64,000 bases of DNA from an uncultured Gammaproteobacteria bacterium. GTDB lineage: Bacteria > Pseudomonadota > Gammaproteobacteria > DRLM01. The notes under the pieces were generated by a model. That model made no database searches and was not told the DNA's origin. It saw only the letters and a program-made list of their open reading frames with translations. The stretch spans positions 224,001 to 288,000 of the forward strand of contig CAVSNY010000006.1 in assembly GCA_963729605.1 (NCBI GenBank), given 5' to 3'. The translations under genes were made by a program, and so were the position numbers. This document shows, one piece after another, positions 22,128 to 32,863 of this stretch. Each line of letters starts with the position of its first letter. The stretch's first letter is position 1.

Positions 22128-24752
22128 TTGCATGCCGTTACGGACCATCAAGCATCGACCGCCCCGCCGGGTTCCACACCGCGCGGCGGCCCGGACCCCA
22201 GCCCCACGCCGGCGCCCATCGCCGCGGAAATGATGATGGCAGCGGCCCTCGATTTACCCGTCCCGCCCCTTTGCGCGCTCAGCGCGGAAACCGCCATCCA
22301 TCAAGGCGAACGCACCGTGGTGGAATTGATCGACGGCCGCAAACTCATCGGCAAACTCGACAGCTTCGATTCGGACAAAGGTAAGATCGGCATCCTCATC
22401 GAGGGCCAGGAAAAAACCAAGAAACTGGGCATGCATGAAATCCGGCTCATGCGGATACCGCACCCGCGCCGCTGGCAACGCGACGACGATTCCATCCTCT
22501 CCACCGCCAAAGGGGTGCGCGTCTCCACCGAGCCGCTGGAATTTGAAATCGAATTCACCGATCACAGCACCATCGACGGCACCAGCTTCGGTTTTCGCAA
22601 CGGCCGGCACGGCATTCATCTCTTTCCGGTGCAGGACGGCGATCAATATACCCACCTCTTCGTGCCCAACAACGCCATCGCCAAACACCGCATCGGCAAG
22701 CACCTGGGCCAGCAACTCGTCAAAGACCGGGTGGTCAGCGACCAAGACGTGGCCATCGTATTGCTCGAACAGCAGGAATACCGCTCCCGCTCATTGGGCG
22801 AACAACTCGTCCTCACCGCCATTGTCAGTACCGAACAACTGGAACGCGCGCTCAAACACCAGCAAACCATGCCGCATTTGCAACTCGGTGAAATCCTGGT
22901 GCAGGACCGGCTGATCAGCCAACAGCAGCTCGACGCGGCGCTCAGCCAGCAACAACGCCAACGCCACACGACCCTCGGCGAGCTCTTGACCGCGCGCGGG
23001 GTGATCAAACAAGAAGACATCCAAAAAAGTCTGGCCAACAAACTCGGCATCCCCTTCGTGGATCTCCGCCGATTCCCGCTCGACCCGGCGGTGCTCAAGC
23101 TGGTCGATGAAACCATCGCCATCCGCCATACCGTCATGCCGCTGCGGCGTTATCAAGGAAAGCTGGTGGTCGCCATGGAAGACCCCACCCACTGGGAAAC
23201 CATGGACACCCTGCACGCGATCACCGGCCACCCCATCGATCCGGTGATGGCCGTGCGCGCCGATTTGAGCTGGGCCATCGACTATTATTACCGCGACGGC
23301 CACACCAGCCCGCCGCCGGAGACGGCCGCCGCGCCGGCGCCCGCCGCCGACACGCCGCCGATCTCCAAACTTGATCCGGGCCCGCCGCCGGCCGCGGCGA
23401 CGCCGCGGCAGAAGCCCGCGGTAAGCGCCGCCGTATCCGCCAATGCGGCGGCGGATAAATTCGGCGCTGAAACCGCCGTGCCGCCCGAAGCGGCCAACCG
23501 CGACACGGCGGCCGCCGATTTTCTGCGCGAACTGATACTCGGCGCGGCCCGTGAGGAGAGCAACGCGATACACCTCGAATCGGTGCCGCAGCACGGCGCG
23601 CGGATCCGCCTGCGCCAAAACAGCGAACTCATCGAGCAGGGCGCCATCACCGCCGAATTATGGCCCAAGCTGCTGGGCGAGCTGCGCACGCTCGCCCACT
23701 TCGACGCCCGGCAAGACGACGGCGCGCACATCGGCCTCATCGAACGGTCTTTTTTATATCCCACCACCTTGGAAGTGCGCGTCTACTACATCCCCACCTT
23801 CGACGGCGAACACGACGTGGTGCTCAAAATCACCTCGCTGAGTCACCAGCGCGCCCTCACCGAACTGGGTTTCAGCGATGGCAATCTCAAGCGGATCGAC
23901 GAACTCACCCTGGACGGCCACGGCCTGTTCCTGGTCTGCGGCCCGACCGGCTCCGGCAAAACCACGCTGCTGCACGCCCTGTTGCTGCATCTCAACCACG
24001 GCGGCAAAAAAATCTGGATGCTCGACAATACCGAACGCAATATGCCGGCCAATATCCGCCATGTGCGGCTGGGCAACGGACTGGACGCGCCCCATGACGA
24101 CCCCATCGAGGCCCTGCTCGGCGCCGATCCCGACCTGGTGATGATCAATCCGCTGTCGCAGCCGCGGCTGGCCAAACAGGCGGTCAGCGGCGCGCTGGCC
24201 GGCCCGCAGATCCTGGCCGGTCTGCCGGCGCGCAGCTCCGGCGAAGCGGTGGAACGGCTCACCAACATGGGCGTGCCGCGTTACGAACTCGCCGACGCCC
24301 TCAGCGCCGTGCTGACCCAACGGCCGGTGAAAAGACTGTGCGAGCACTGTAAAAAATCCTACGTGCCGACCGCCGACGAATTGCGCGGCCTCGCCGCGGA
24401 ATATTTCGGCGACGCGCCGGACGAAGCGGCGCCGCGGACGGATACCTCGCGCGAAAAGATCCTGGAAAAGTGGCAGAAAACCTGGGGCGGCAATAAAGGG
24501 CAGCTCATGCTGCATCGGGCGGCGGGCTGTAAACACTGCCAAAAAACCGGTTACGCCGGGCAGTTGTCCCTCCATGAATTATTGGAAGTCAGCCCGCCGG
24601 TAAAACGGGCAATCGTCGACGGCGCCGGCGCCGCGGCCATCCTGCGCGCCGCCCTCGGCAGCGGTTTGAAAACCCTTAAACAAGACGGCATCGAAAAGGT
24701 GCTGCAAGGCCACACCGACCTCATTCAAGTGCGCGCCGCCTGCGCCCGTTAA
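22128..24752 (+). CDS. PilB/GspE-family protein with tandem MshEN-like repeats and a degenerate ATPase site (start uncertain)
   Basis: xLGExL repeats, GPTGSGKTT, CEHC/CKHC, TLKQDGIEKVLQG; Walker B and His box altered. Confidence 0.85.
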   Translation: MHAVTDHQASTAPPGSTPRGGPDPSPTPAPIAAEMMMAAALDLPVPPLCALSAETAIHQGERTVVELIDGRKLIGKLDSFDSDKGKIGILIEGQEKTKKLGMHEIRLMRIPHPRRWQRDDDSILSTAKGVRVSTEPLEFEIEFTDHSTIDGTSFGFRNGRHGIHLFPVQDGDQYTHLFVPNNAIAKHRIGKHLGQQLVKDRVVSDQDVAIVLLEQQEYRSRSLGEQLVLTAIVSTEQLERALKHQQTMPHLQLGEILVQDRLISQQQLDAALSQQQRQRHTTLGELLTARGVIKQEDIQKSLANKLGIPFVDLRRFPLDPAVLKLVDETIAIRHTVMPLRRYQGKLVVAMEDPTHWETMDTLHAITGHPIDPVMAVRADLSWAIDYYYRDGHTSPPPETAAAPAPAADTPPISKLDPGPPPAAATPRQKPAVSAAVSANAAADKFGAETAVPPEAANRDTAAADFLRELILGAAREESNAIHLESVPQHGARIRLRQNSELIEQGAITAELWPKLLGELRTLAHFDARQDDGAHIGLIERSFLYPTTLEVRVYYIPTFDGEHDVVLKITSLSHQRALTELGFSDGNLKRIDELTLDGHGLFLVCGPTGSGKTTLLHALLLHLNHGGKKIWMLDNTERNMPANIRHVRLGNGLDAPHDDPIEALLGADPDLVMINPLSQPRLAKQAVSGALAGPQILAGLPARSSGEAVERLTNMGVPRYELADALSAVLTQRPVKRLCEHCKKSYVPTADELRGLAAEYFGDAPDEAAPRTDTSREKILEKWQKTWGGNKGQLMLHRAAGCKHCQKTGYAGQLSLHELLEVSPPVKRAIVDGAGAAAILRAALGSGLKTLKQDGIEKVLQGHTDLIQVRAACAR

Positions 24753-24768
24753 GGCGCGTTTTTCCCCT

Positions 24769-25392
24769 TCACGGTGGTAGGGTGCCGCGCGCCGGCGGAG
24801 CGGGCCGCCGCTGATGCCACACCCGCGCGAGCAATAGCGCGATTAAAATCATCCCGTACACCACCGGCTCCCGCACGTCGGCCTTCACCAACCAGAGGTA
24901 ATGCATCACACCGAGGGTGGCCGCCACGTAAACCAGCTGATGCAGCGTGGTCCACCGGCGGCCGAGACGGCGCATCATGGTGTTGGTCGAGGTGGCCGCC
25001 AAGGGTATCAACAACACAAACGCCGTAAACCCCACCGTGATATACGGCCGCTTGATGATGTCTTTGACGATGGCGTTGAGATCGAAGAAATGATCGAATA
25101 CCAGCCAGATCGCGAAATGCAGGACCGCGTAAAAAAACGTGTACAAGCCCAGCATCCGCCGCAGCCGCAGCACGCCGTGCCAGCCGGTCATCCGCCGCAG
25201 CGGCGCAACCGCCAGGGTGATCAGTAAAAACCGCAAGGCCCACTCACCGCTGCGGTGAGTGAGTTTCTCCACCGGATTGGCGCCGAGTTGATTATGGAAT
25301 AAATCCCACAGCAGCAGCGCGAACGGCAGCAGACACAACACGAATGCCGCGGGCTTGATCAGCCTATCCTTCCACGGCGTGACAGGCGTCAT
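24769..25392 (-). CDS. msrQ: Methionine sulfoxide reductase heme membrane subunit
   Basis: RRMLGLYTFFYAVLH, KRPYITVG, WTTLHQLVY. Confidence 0.93.
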   Translation of the reverse strand: MTPVTPWKDRLIKPAAFVLCLLPFALLLWDLFHNQLGANPVEKLTHRSGEWALRFLLITLAVAPLRRMTGWHGVLRLRRMLGLYTFFYAVLHFAIWLVFDHFFDLNAIVKDIIKRPYITVGFTAFVLLIPLAATSTNTMMRRLGRRWTTLHQLVYVAATLGVMHYLWLVKADVREPVVYGMILIALLLARVWHQRRPAPPARGTLPP

Positions 25393-25398
25393 TAGGCC

Positions 25399-26352
<954 letters not shown>

Positions 26353-26627
26353 CACCCATCCTCCCGTCGCTCCAGGGCGGCAACCAGCATATCGACCGGG
26401 CGGCGCGACCCTGTCCGCCGCGCTCCAGCAAGGATATACCGCAATTCCACCAAGGTGTTTATACACAAACCCGCCTCGCAGCGGCAAGCGACCGGCACCG
26501 CGTCATTACAACCATAGACTAGCTCCAGGAAAAACGAACATAATTACCGGCGACCAGTGCGCCGCCCGGCGCGGCGCGACCCGAATTCCGGGCAATACGC
26601 CATCCATCAACTCGTAAGGAGAGCCTC

Positions 26628-27416
26628 ATGCGCACACTTTGGAACAGTGCACTACTATTCGCACTCAGCATCGCCTCAGCCCAGGCCGCCATCGTCGCTA
26701 AAGAATTGGATTACGTCGTTGACGGCGTCACCATGCAAGGCTATCTGGCCTACGATGACGCGATCGAAGGTCAGCGTCCCGGCGTGCTGGTGGTGCATGA
26801 ATGGTGGGGCCACGACGACTACGCCCGCAAACGGGCGCGCATGCTCGCCGAGCTGGGTTACACCGCCCTCGCCCTCGACATGTACGGCGAAGGCAAACAC
26901 GTCCACCACCCCAACGACGCCAACAAACTCTCCAGCGAACTCGCCGCCAACCAAGCCGTAGCCAAGGCGCGTTTTCAAGCGGCCTATGACGCATTGCAGA
27001 AACAACCCACCGTCGATCCGGAGCGGATCGCCGCCATCGGCTACTGCATGGGCGGCAGCGTGGTGCTGGAAATGGCGCGCAGCGGCATCCCGCTCGCCGG
27101 CGTGGTCAGCTTTCACGGCAACCTCGCCACGACCAACCCCGCCCAGGCCGGCGGCATCAAAGGCCAAGTCTTGGTGTTGACCGGCGCCGACGACCCCTTC
27201 GTCCCCGCCGAACAGGTGACGCAATTCAAGCAAGAAATGGACGCCGCCAAGGTCGATTATCAGCTCATCGCCTATCCCGGCGCTCAACACAGCTTCACCA
27301 ATCCCGAGGCCGATCAACGCGGCAAGGAATTCAACCTGCCGCTGGCCTACAACGCCGAGGCCGATCAAGCCTCCTGGCAGGAAATGCAGAATTTCTTCGG
27401 AAAAATATTCAAATAA
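26628..27416 (+). CDS. Secreted dienelactone hydrolase family protein
   Basis: Signal peptide, VHEWWG, GYCMGG, HSFTNP. Confidence 0.9.
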   Translation: MRTLWNSALLFALSIASAQAAIVAKELDYVVDGVTMQGYLAYDDAIEGQRPGVLVVHEWWGHDDYARKRARMLAELGYTALALDMYGEGKHVHHPNDANKLSSELAANQAVAKARFQAAYDALQKQPTVDPERIAAIGYCMGGSVVLEMARSGIPLAGVVSFHGNLATTNPAQAGGIKGQVLVLTGADDPFVPAEQVTQFKQEMDAAKVDYQLIAYPGAQHSFTNPEADQRGKEFNLPLAYNAEADQASWQEMQNFFGKIFK

Positions 27417-27549
27417 CGGGGAAAACCGGCTGAGCGCGGACGAAGCAGGTATCCCTGCTCAGCCGGTTAAACACTATTCCGGCCGCGTTCGGCGCATGAC
27501 GATTCATGTATAGCCGAACCCTATCCGCACCAAACCACGAGGGCATCCA

Positions 27550-27873
27550 ATGCGTGGAAAAATAACCGGCTTGGTTTTGCTCTGGCTGACGGCAGTCCCG
27601 GCGGGCCATGCGGGTTTCGCGGAGACCGGCATGGCCCGCGCCTGGTGCAAAGAAAAAACCCTGAATTATTTGGAAGGCCGCGGCTATACGCCTTACAACT
27701 GGACCGCGAGCACTTACCTCAAGGACAACAGCTACGTCACCGAAGGCGTATGGCGGCTCGATGTGGATGACGTCAAAGTAGAGTGCGTATCGAAAAAAGA
27801 CCACAAACGCGCATCGGGTAAATTCAAGATACTCAATAGCGAAATCATCGACGGCGACAACGCCTCGAAGTGA
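27550..27873 (+). CDS. Hypothetical secreted protein (two Cys)
   Basis: Signal peptide ending GHA; GAGGG RBS; followed by a terminator. Confidence 0.7.
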   Translation: MRGKITGLVLLWLTAVPAGHAGFAETGMARAWCKEKTLNYLEGRGYTPYNWTASTYLKDNSYVTEGVWRLDVDDVKVECVSKKDHKRASGKFKILNSEIIDGDNASK

Positions 27874-27993
27874 GCGGGCACCCTCGCGATGACCGCTGAC
27901 CGACGTTCACGCAACCTCTAATCCGATAAACCGCCCGCCTCAGGATCAGGCCGGTTGATCATCGGCAATTTCGCCCACACTCTTGGTCCGCGC

Positions 27994-28026
27994 AAAAAAC
28001 AAACCCCGCATCAGCGGGGTTTGTTT
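27994..28026. terminator. Bidirectional intrinsic terminator
   Basis: AAACAAACCCCGC-ATCA-GCGGGGTTTGTTT between convergent genes. Confidence 0.85.
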
Positions 28027-28056
28027 ACGCGATCATCCGCGGCGGCAACTCAGCAA

Positions 28057-29742
28057 TCAACCGGCCTTATCGTCGCTCTCCGCGTTGCGGCGGCCGAACA
28101 GCGCGGGCACTTCGCGTTGCGCGGGGCGCCGTTGCGGATGGGCGGGCACGGCGCGGTTGCCGGACGGCCCGTCATGACGTTGCGGCGAGACATAATTGCC
28201 GTTCGAATTGCCCTCGCGGCGCTGGCCCTGCTCCGCCCGCGGACGCGGCGGGACGGCGTTACGCACCGCCTGTTCGCGGCGCGGCGCCGGGTGTTGCACA
28301 TTGCCATTCACCTCGCCGCGCGGGGACTCGTGCCGTGCGGAATGTTGACCATGACGCTCCTGGCCCGAACGTCCCGCGGGTCGGCCATCGGCCCGCGGCG
28401 GACGCGCGGTCTGCTCGCGGCGCGGCTGATCGCGAGGCGTGCGCTCACGTGGCGATTGATTGCTCCGTGCGGCATCGCGGCGCGGTTGCTCACCGGGGGC
28501 CCGCTCGCGACGCGGCGCGTGATCGCCGCGCGGCGCGCGGGGCGCACCCCGTCCGGCGCGGGCGCCGTTGCGGCCGTTGGGGATGGGTTCGGCGCGGATG
28601 CTGGGGTCGTGTTCGAAACCGGGCACGTTCACCACCGGCAATTCGCGCTTGATGAGGCGCTGGATGCCGGACAGCAATTCCAATTCATCGACACACACCA
28701 GCGACACCGCTTCGCCGCTGGCGCCGGCGCGGCCGGTGCGGCCGATGCGGTGCACGTAGTCTTCCGCGACATTGGGCAATTCGAAATTCACCACATGCGG
28801 CAATTGATCGATGTCGAGACCGCGCGCGGCGATGTCGGTGGCCACCAGCACGCGCACCTTGCCGGCCTTGAAATCCGCCAGCGCGCGGGTGCGCGCGCCC
28901 TGGCTCTTGTTGCCGTGAATCGCGGCGGCGGTGATGCCGTCTTTCTCCAATTGCTCGGCCAGGCGGTTGGCGCCGTGTTTGGTGCGGGTGAATACCAGTA
29001 TCTGGCGCCAGTCGTTCGTCGAAATCAAATGCGACAACAACTCGCGCTTGCGCTCGCGGTCGACGCGGTGCACCACCTGGGTCACGCCTTCGGCATCGAT
29101 GTTGCGGCGCGCCACTTCCACCAGCGCGGGATTGTTGAGCAGCTTGTCGGCCAGCTGTTTGATCTCGTCGGAATAGGTGGCGGAGAACAGCAGGTTCTGC
29201 CGGCCCTGCGGCAACAGCGCGAGGATTTTACGGATGTCGTGGATGAAGCCCATGTCGAGCATGCGGTCGGCTTCGTCCAACACCAGTATCTCGATCTTGC
29301 TGAGATCGACCGTCTTCTGGCCGACGTGGTCGAGCAGCCGGCCCGGCGTCGCCACCACGATGTCCACGCCGCGGCGCAGGGCGTCGATCTGGGGATGGAT
29401 GCCCACGCCGCCGAAGACCACCGCCGATTTGAGCGCCAGGTATTTACCGTAGGTCGCCACGCTCTCGGCCACTTGCGCCGCCAGCTCGCGGGTGGGCGTG
29501 AGGATCAAGGCGCGCGGCACCCGTTTGGTTTGGCCCTGCGGCGTCGAGGCGGTGAGGCGTTGCAGCAAAGGCAAGGTGAATCCCGCGGTCTTGCCGGTGC
29601 CGGTCTGGGCGCCGGCGAGGATGTCGCGGCCCGCCATGATCACCGGAATCGCTTGGGTCTGCACGGGGGTGGGTTGGGTATAGCCCTGCTCGTCGATCGC
29701 GCGCAGGAGTTCGGCACTCAGGCCGAGTTCGGAAAATGACAT
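28057..29742 (-). CDS. rhlE: DEAD-box RNA helicase RhlE-like
   Basis: [29 protein letters not shown]; long R/G/P/Q-rich tail. Confidence 0.92.
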   Translation of the reverse strand: MSFSELGLSAELLRAIDEQGYTQPTPVQTQAIPVIMAGRDILAGAQTGTGKTAGFTLPLLQRLTASTPQGQTKRVPRALILTPTRELAAQVAESVATYGKYLALKSAVVFGGVGIHPQIDALRRGVDIVVATPGRLLDHVGQKTVDLSKIEILVLDEADRMLDMGFIHDIRKILALLPQGRQNLLFSATYSDEIKQLADKLLNNPALVEVARRNIDAEGVTQVVHRVDRERKRELLSHLISTNDWRQILVFTRTKHGANRLAEQLEKDGITAAAIHGNKSQGARTRALADFKAGKVRVLVATDIAARGLDIDQLPHVVNFELPNVAEDYVHRIGRTGRAGASGEAVSLVCVDELELLSGIQRLIKRELPVVNVPGFEHDPSIRAEPIPNGRNGARAGRGAPRAPRGDHAPRRERAPGEQPRRDAARSNQSPRERTPRDQPRREQTARPPRADGRPAGRSGQERHGQHSARHESPRGEVNGNVQHPAPRREQAVRNAVPPRPRAEQGQRREGNSNGNYVSPQRHDGPSGNRAVPAHPQRRPAQREVPALFGRRNAESDDKAG

Positions 29743-29931
29743 TGTTTTGAATACTCCAAGAACCGTCTGCCCGGAGCAAAGCTCAGGAAGGTCCAGGCGG
29801 TGATTTTTATGTTAAAGGCGGGGGGTAAAACCAGGAGGGATACACCACGCGGGGGGACGCGACCTTATGCGTCCTCTAATCGTCAGGCCCGCATGGTAGC
29901 ACACCCCGGGGGGCTGATACACTGCGCGACC

Positions 29932-31833
29932 ATGTTAATCCTCGACGACCTCACTCTATATCGGAGCGCCCGGCTATTGTTCAAGGGGGCGAGCCTCACC
30001 ATTTTTCCCGGGCACAAGGTCGGACTCACCGGCGCCAACGGCACGGGCAAGTCCAGCCTGTTCGCGTTGATCCGCGGCGAACTCAAACAGGACCACGGCG
30101 ATTTCAGTCTGCCGCCCGGCTGGGTAATCGCCCACGTGGCGCAGGAAATGCCGGCGGTGGACACCGCCGCCGTCGATTACGTGATGGCGGGCGACGAGGA
30201 ACTGGCGCGGCTGCACCTCGAATTGCAACAGGCCGAGGCCGCCGACGACGGCGCGCGTATCGCCGCACTGCACGCGCGGCTCGACGCCATCGGTGGCTAC
30301 ACCGCCCGCAACCGCGCCGCGCAACTCATCCACGGCCTGGGCTTCACCGCCGCGCAGGAAACGGCGCCGGTGCGCAGCTTCTCAGGCGGCTGGCGCATGC
30401 GGCTCAATCTCGCCCGCGCCCTGATGTGCCGTTCCGATCTGCTGCTGCTGGACGAACCCACCAACCATCTCGACCTCGACGCGGTGTTGTGGCTGGAAGA
30501 CTGGCTGCGCGCCTATCCCGGCACCTTGCTGCTGATTTCGCACGACCGCGATTTTCTCGACACCGTGACCGGCCACATCCTGCACATCGCCAATCAGGAA
30601 TTGAAACTCTACAGCGGCAACTACTCCACCTTCGAGCGCCGCCGCGCCGAACAACTGGCCGGCCAACAGGCGATCTATGAAAAACAGCAGCGGGAAGTGG
30701 CGCACATGCGCAGCTACATCGATCGCTTTCGCGCCCAGGCCACCAAGGCGCGCCAGGCGCAGAGCCGCTTGAAAGCGCTGGAGCGTATGACGCTGATCGC
30801 GCCGGCTCATGTCGATTCGCCGTTCACTTTCCGTTTCCGCGCGCCGGCACAATTACCGCATCCCTTGCTGCAACTCAACCGCCTCGCCGCCGGTTACGGC
30901 GGACGCGCGATCGTCAGCGGCGTCAAGCTCGGTCTCGCCCCCGGCGACCGGCTCGGTCTGCTCGGCCCCAACGGCGCGGGCAAATCCACCCTCATCAAAG
31001 TGCTGGCCGGCGAACTCGCGCCGCTGGCGGGCGACCGCGAAGAAAACACCGGCCTGCGCATCGGCTACTTCGCGCAGCATCAATTGGAACAACTTAAGCT
31101 GGATGAAAGTCCGCTGCAACATTTGCTGCGCCTCGACCCCGCCGCATCGGAACAATCATTACGCGATTTCCTCGGCGGCTTCGGCTTCATGGGCGACGAT
31201 GCGCTGGCCCCGGTCGCGCCCTTTTCCGGCGGCGAAAAGGCCCGGCTGGTGCTGGCGCTGCTGGTGTATCAACGCCCCAATCTCCTATTGCTCGACGAAC
31301 CCACCAATCACCTCGATCTGGAAATGCGCCACGCACTGGACGTGGCGCTGCAAGATTTTCCGGGCGCGCTGGTGCTGGTGTCCCACGATCGCCACCTGCT
31401 GCGCACCGTCTGCGATGCCTTCGTGTTGGTGGCCGACGGCCAAGCCGTCGCCTACGACGGCGACCTCGACGACTACCGGCGCTGGATATTGCAACGCGAC
31501 AACGGCGCGAAAACCGAAGACAACCGCGTATCCGGCGAACACAGCGCCGAGGCGCGCAAGGCCAAACGCCGCGACGACGCCGAGCGCCGCAAACAGTTAC
31601 GACCGCTCAGGGCCGAGGTGGAACGCTGGGAGGCCGCGATGACGAAACTCGAGTCGCAAAAAAAAGGGGTGGAACAGCAACTCGCCGATCCGCTGCTTTA
31701 CGAGGCGCGCAACAAAGATTCACTGCGCGAAGCCTTGAACACTCAGACCCAGGTGATTCAAGCCCTGGCCGCCGCGGAAGAACAATGGCTGCACGCCAGC
31801 GAGGCGCTGGAACAAGCCGAGCGCGAAACATGA
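29932..31833 (+). CDS. ABC-F family ATPase (YheS-like)
   Basis: Two ABC domains (GANGTGKS, FSGGWRMR; GPNGAGKS, FSGGEKAR), no TM segments. Confidence 0.92.
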   Translation: MLILDDLTLYRSARLLFKGASLTIFPGHKVGLTGANGTGKSSLFALIRGELKQDHGDFSLPPGWVIAHVAQEMPAVDTAAVDYVMAGDEELARLHLELQQAEAADDGARIAALHARLDAIGGYTARNRAAQLIHGLGFTAAQETAPVRSFSGGWRMRLNLARALMCRSDLLLLDEPTNHLDLDAVLWLEDWLRAYPGTLLLISHDRDFLDTVTGHILHIANQELKLYSGNYSTFERRRAEQLAGQQAIYEKQQREVAHMRSYIDRFRAQATKARQAQSRLKALERMTLIAPAHVDSPFTFRFRAPAQLPHPLLQLNRLAAGYGGRAIVSGVKLGLAPGDRLGLLGPNGAGKSTLIKVLAGELAPLAGDREENTGLRIGYFAQHQLEQLKLDESPLQHLLRLDPAASEQSLRDFLGGFGFMGDDALAPVAPFSGGEKARLVLALLVYQRPNLLLLDEPTNHLDLEMRHALDVALQDFPGALVLVSHDRHLLRTVCDAFVLVADGQAVAYDGDLDDYRRWILQRDNGAKTEDNRVSGEHSAEARKAKRRDDAERRKQLRPLRAEVERWEAAMTKLESQKKGVEQQLADPLLYEARNKDSLREALNTQTQVIQALAAAEEQWLHASEALEQAERET

Positions 31834-31861
31834 TCACCGGCCACCCATCCGACACCATGAC

Positions 31862-32212
31862 ATGGACGATTTAATCACCCTGATCGTCCTCGCCGCCCTC
31901 GGTCTGCTGGCCTGGTTCTGGGCCGACAGCCTGCGGGCCCGCGAACTGGCGTTACGCATCTGCGCCCAGGCCTGCGCCAAAATAAACGCCCAACTCCTCG
32001 ACGACACCGTCGCCCTCCGCCGCATCGGCATCGCCCGCAACGGCCGCGGCAACGCCGTATGGCGCCGCACCTACAACTTCGAATACAGCCTCGACCGTCA
32101 ACAGCGTCTGCGCGGCAGCCTCACCTTGCGCGGCCGCGCCGTCGAAACCCTCGCCATCCAATCGCCGGAAGGCGGCACGCAATTCGAGCAGGATGATCCG
32201 CCGCAAGAATGA
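31862..32212 (+). CDS. DUF3301-like membrane-anchored protein
   Basis: N-terminal TM, QLLDDTVAL, YNFEYS...RLRG pattern. Confidence 0.8.
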   Translation: MDDLITLIVLAALGLLAWFWADSLRARELALRICAQACAKINAQLLDDTVALRRIGIARNGRGNAVWRRTYNFEYSLDRQQRLRGSLTLRGRAVETLAIQSPEGGTQFEQDDPPQE

Positions 32213-32421
32213 AACCAGGTGCCTCATGCACATGGATAACCTGGGTAGTGGACGGGGGGTCTCGCCCCCGCGGGCGAGGTACTTTCTTTTGTGGCGACTG
32301 GCCGACGGCCGTTGCTTAACGCCCGGAGAATCGATACCCTTTAAGCGACAGAGTCAACACAACGCCTGCACCCCGCTTAGACGATTCCGCTCAAGAATTC
32401 ACCACTTGCAAGGACACCGTT

Positions 32422-32766
32422 ATGGCCGCCTGGTTGATCCCCGCCCTAAAAGCCGTACTCCCTCATGTCGGCACCATCGTCTCCGCCGCGGCGCCGGCCT
32501 TCACCAAGAAAAAAATCGAGGTGATGGCCAACGTCAATGAGGCGGCCTTGTTACAGCAGCAGATCAGCGAGCTGCAATCCGCCGCCGCGCAGAACGCCGG
32601 CCATATCAAGGAACTTGCCGAGCAGCTGCAAGACACCGTCGCGGCCTTGGAGCAAGCGGCTGCCATCGCGCAAGCCAAACTTCAGCGGGCGATCCTGCTT
32701 TGCGTTACCGCGGCCGGTTTATCCGTGGCATCGCTGGTTGTCGTGTTATACGTGGTTTTCGCCTAA
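32422..32766 (+). CDS. Hypothetical coiled-coil protein with a C-terminal TM helix
   Basis: AAGGA RBS; QQQISELQ heptads; hydrophobic tail. Confidence 0.8.
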   Translation: MAAWLIPALKAVLPHVGTIVSAAAPAFTKKKIEVMANVNEAALLQQQISELQSAAAQNAGHIKELAEQLQDTVAALEQAAAIAQAKLQRAILLCVTAAGLSVASLVVVLYVVFA

Positions 32767-32813
32767 TGAGCATCGACTCCGCGTTCAATAACAACGTCGT
32801 CACCGCCACGGAC
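32766..32813 (+). pseudogene. 5' part of an IS-interrupted hemolysin-III (PAQR) remnant
   Basis: TAATG-coupled ATG; joins in frame to 34135-34245 when the IS and one GAC are removed. Confidence 0.5.
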
Positions 32814-32863
32814 TGAACCGCCCCTGGTTTTGAGGAGGCTCCAACATTTGAGAGAATGGAGCC

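Noticed and set aside
27955-29739. 594-aa + strand ORF
   Set aside because: Antisense to rhlE; typical codon-bias shadow.
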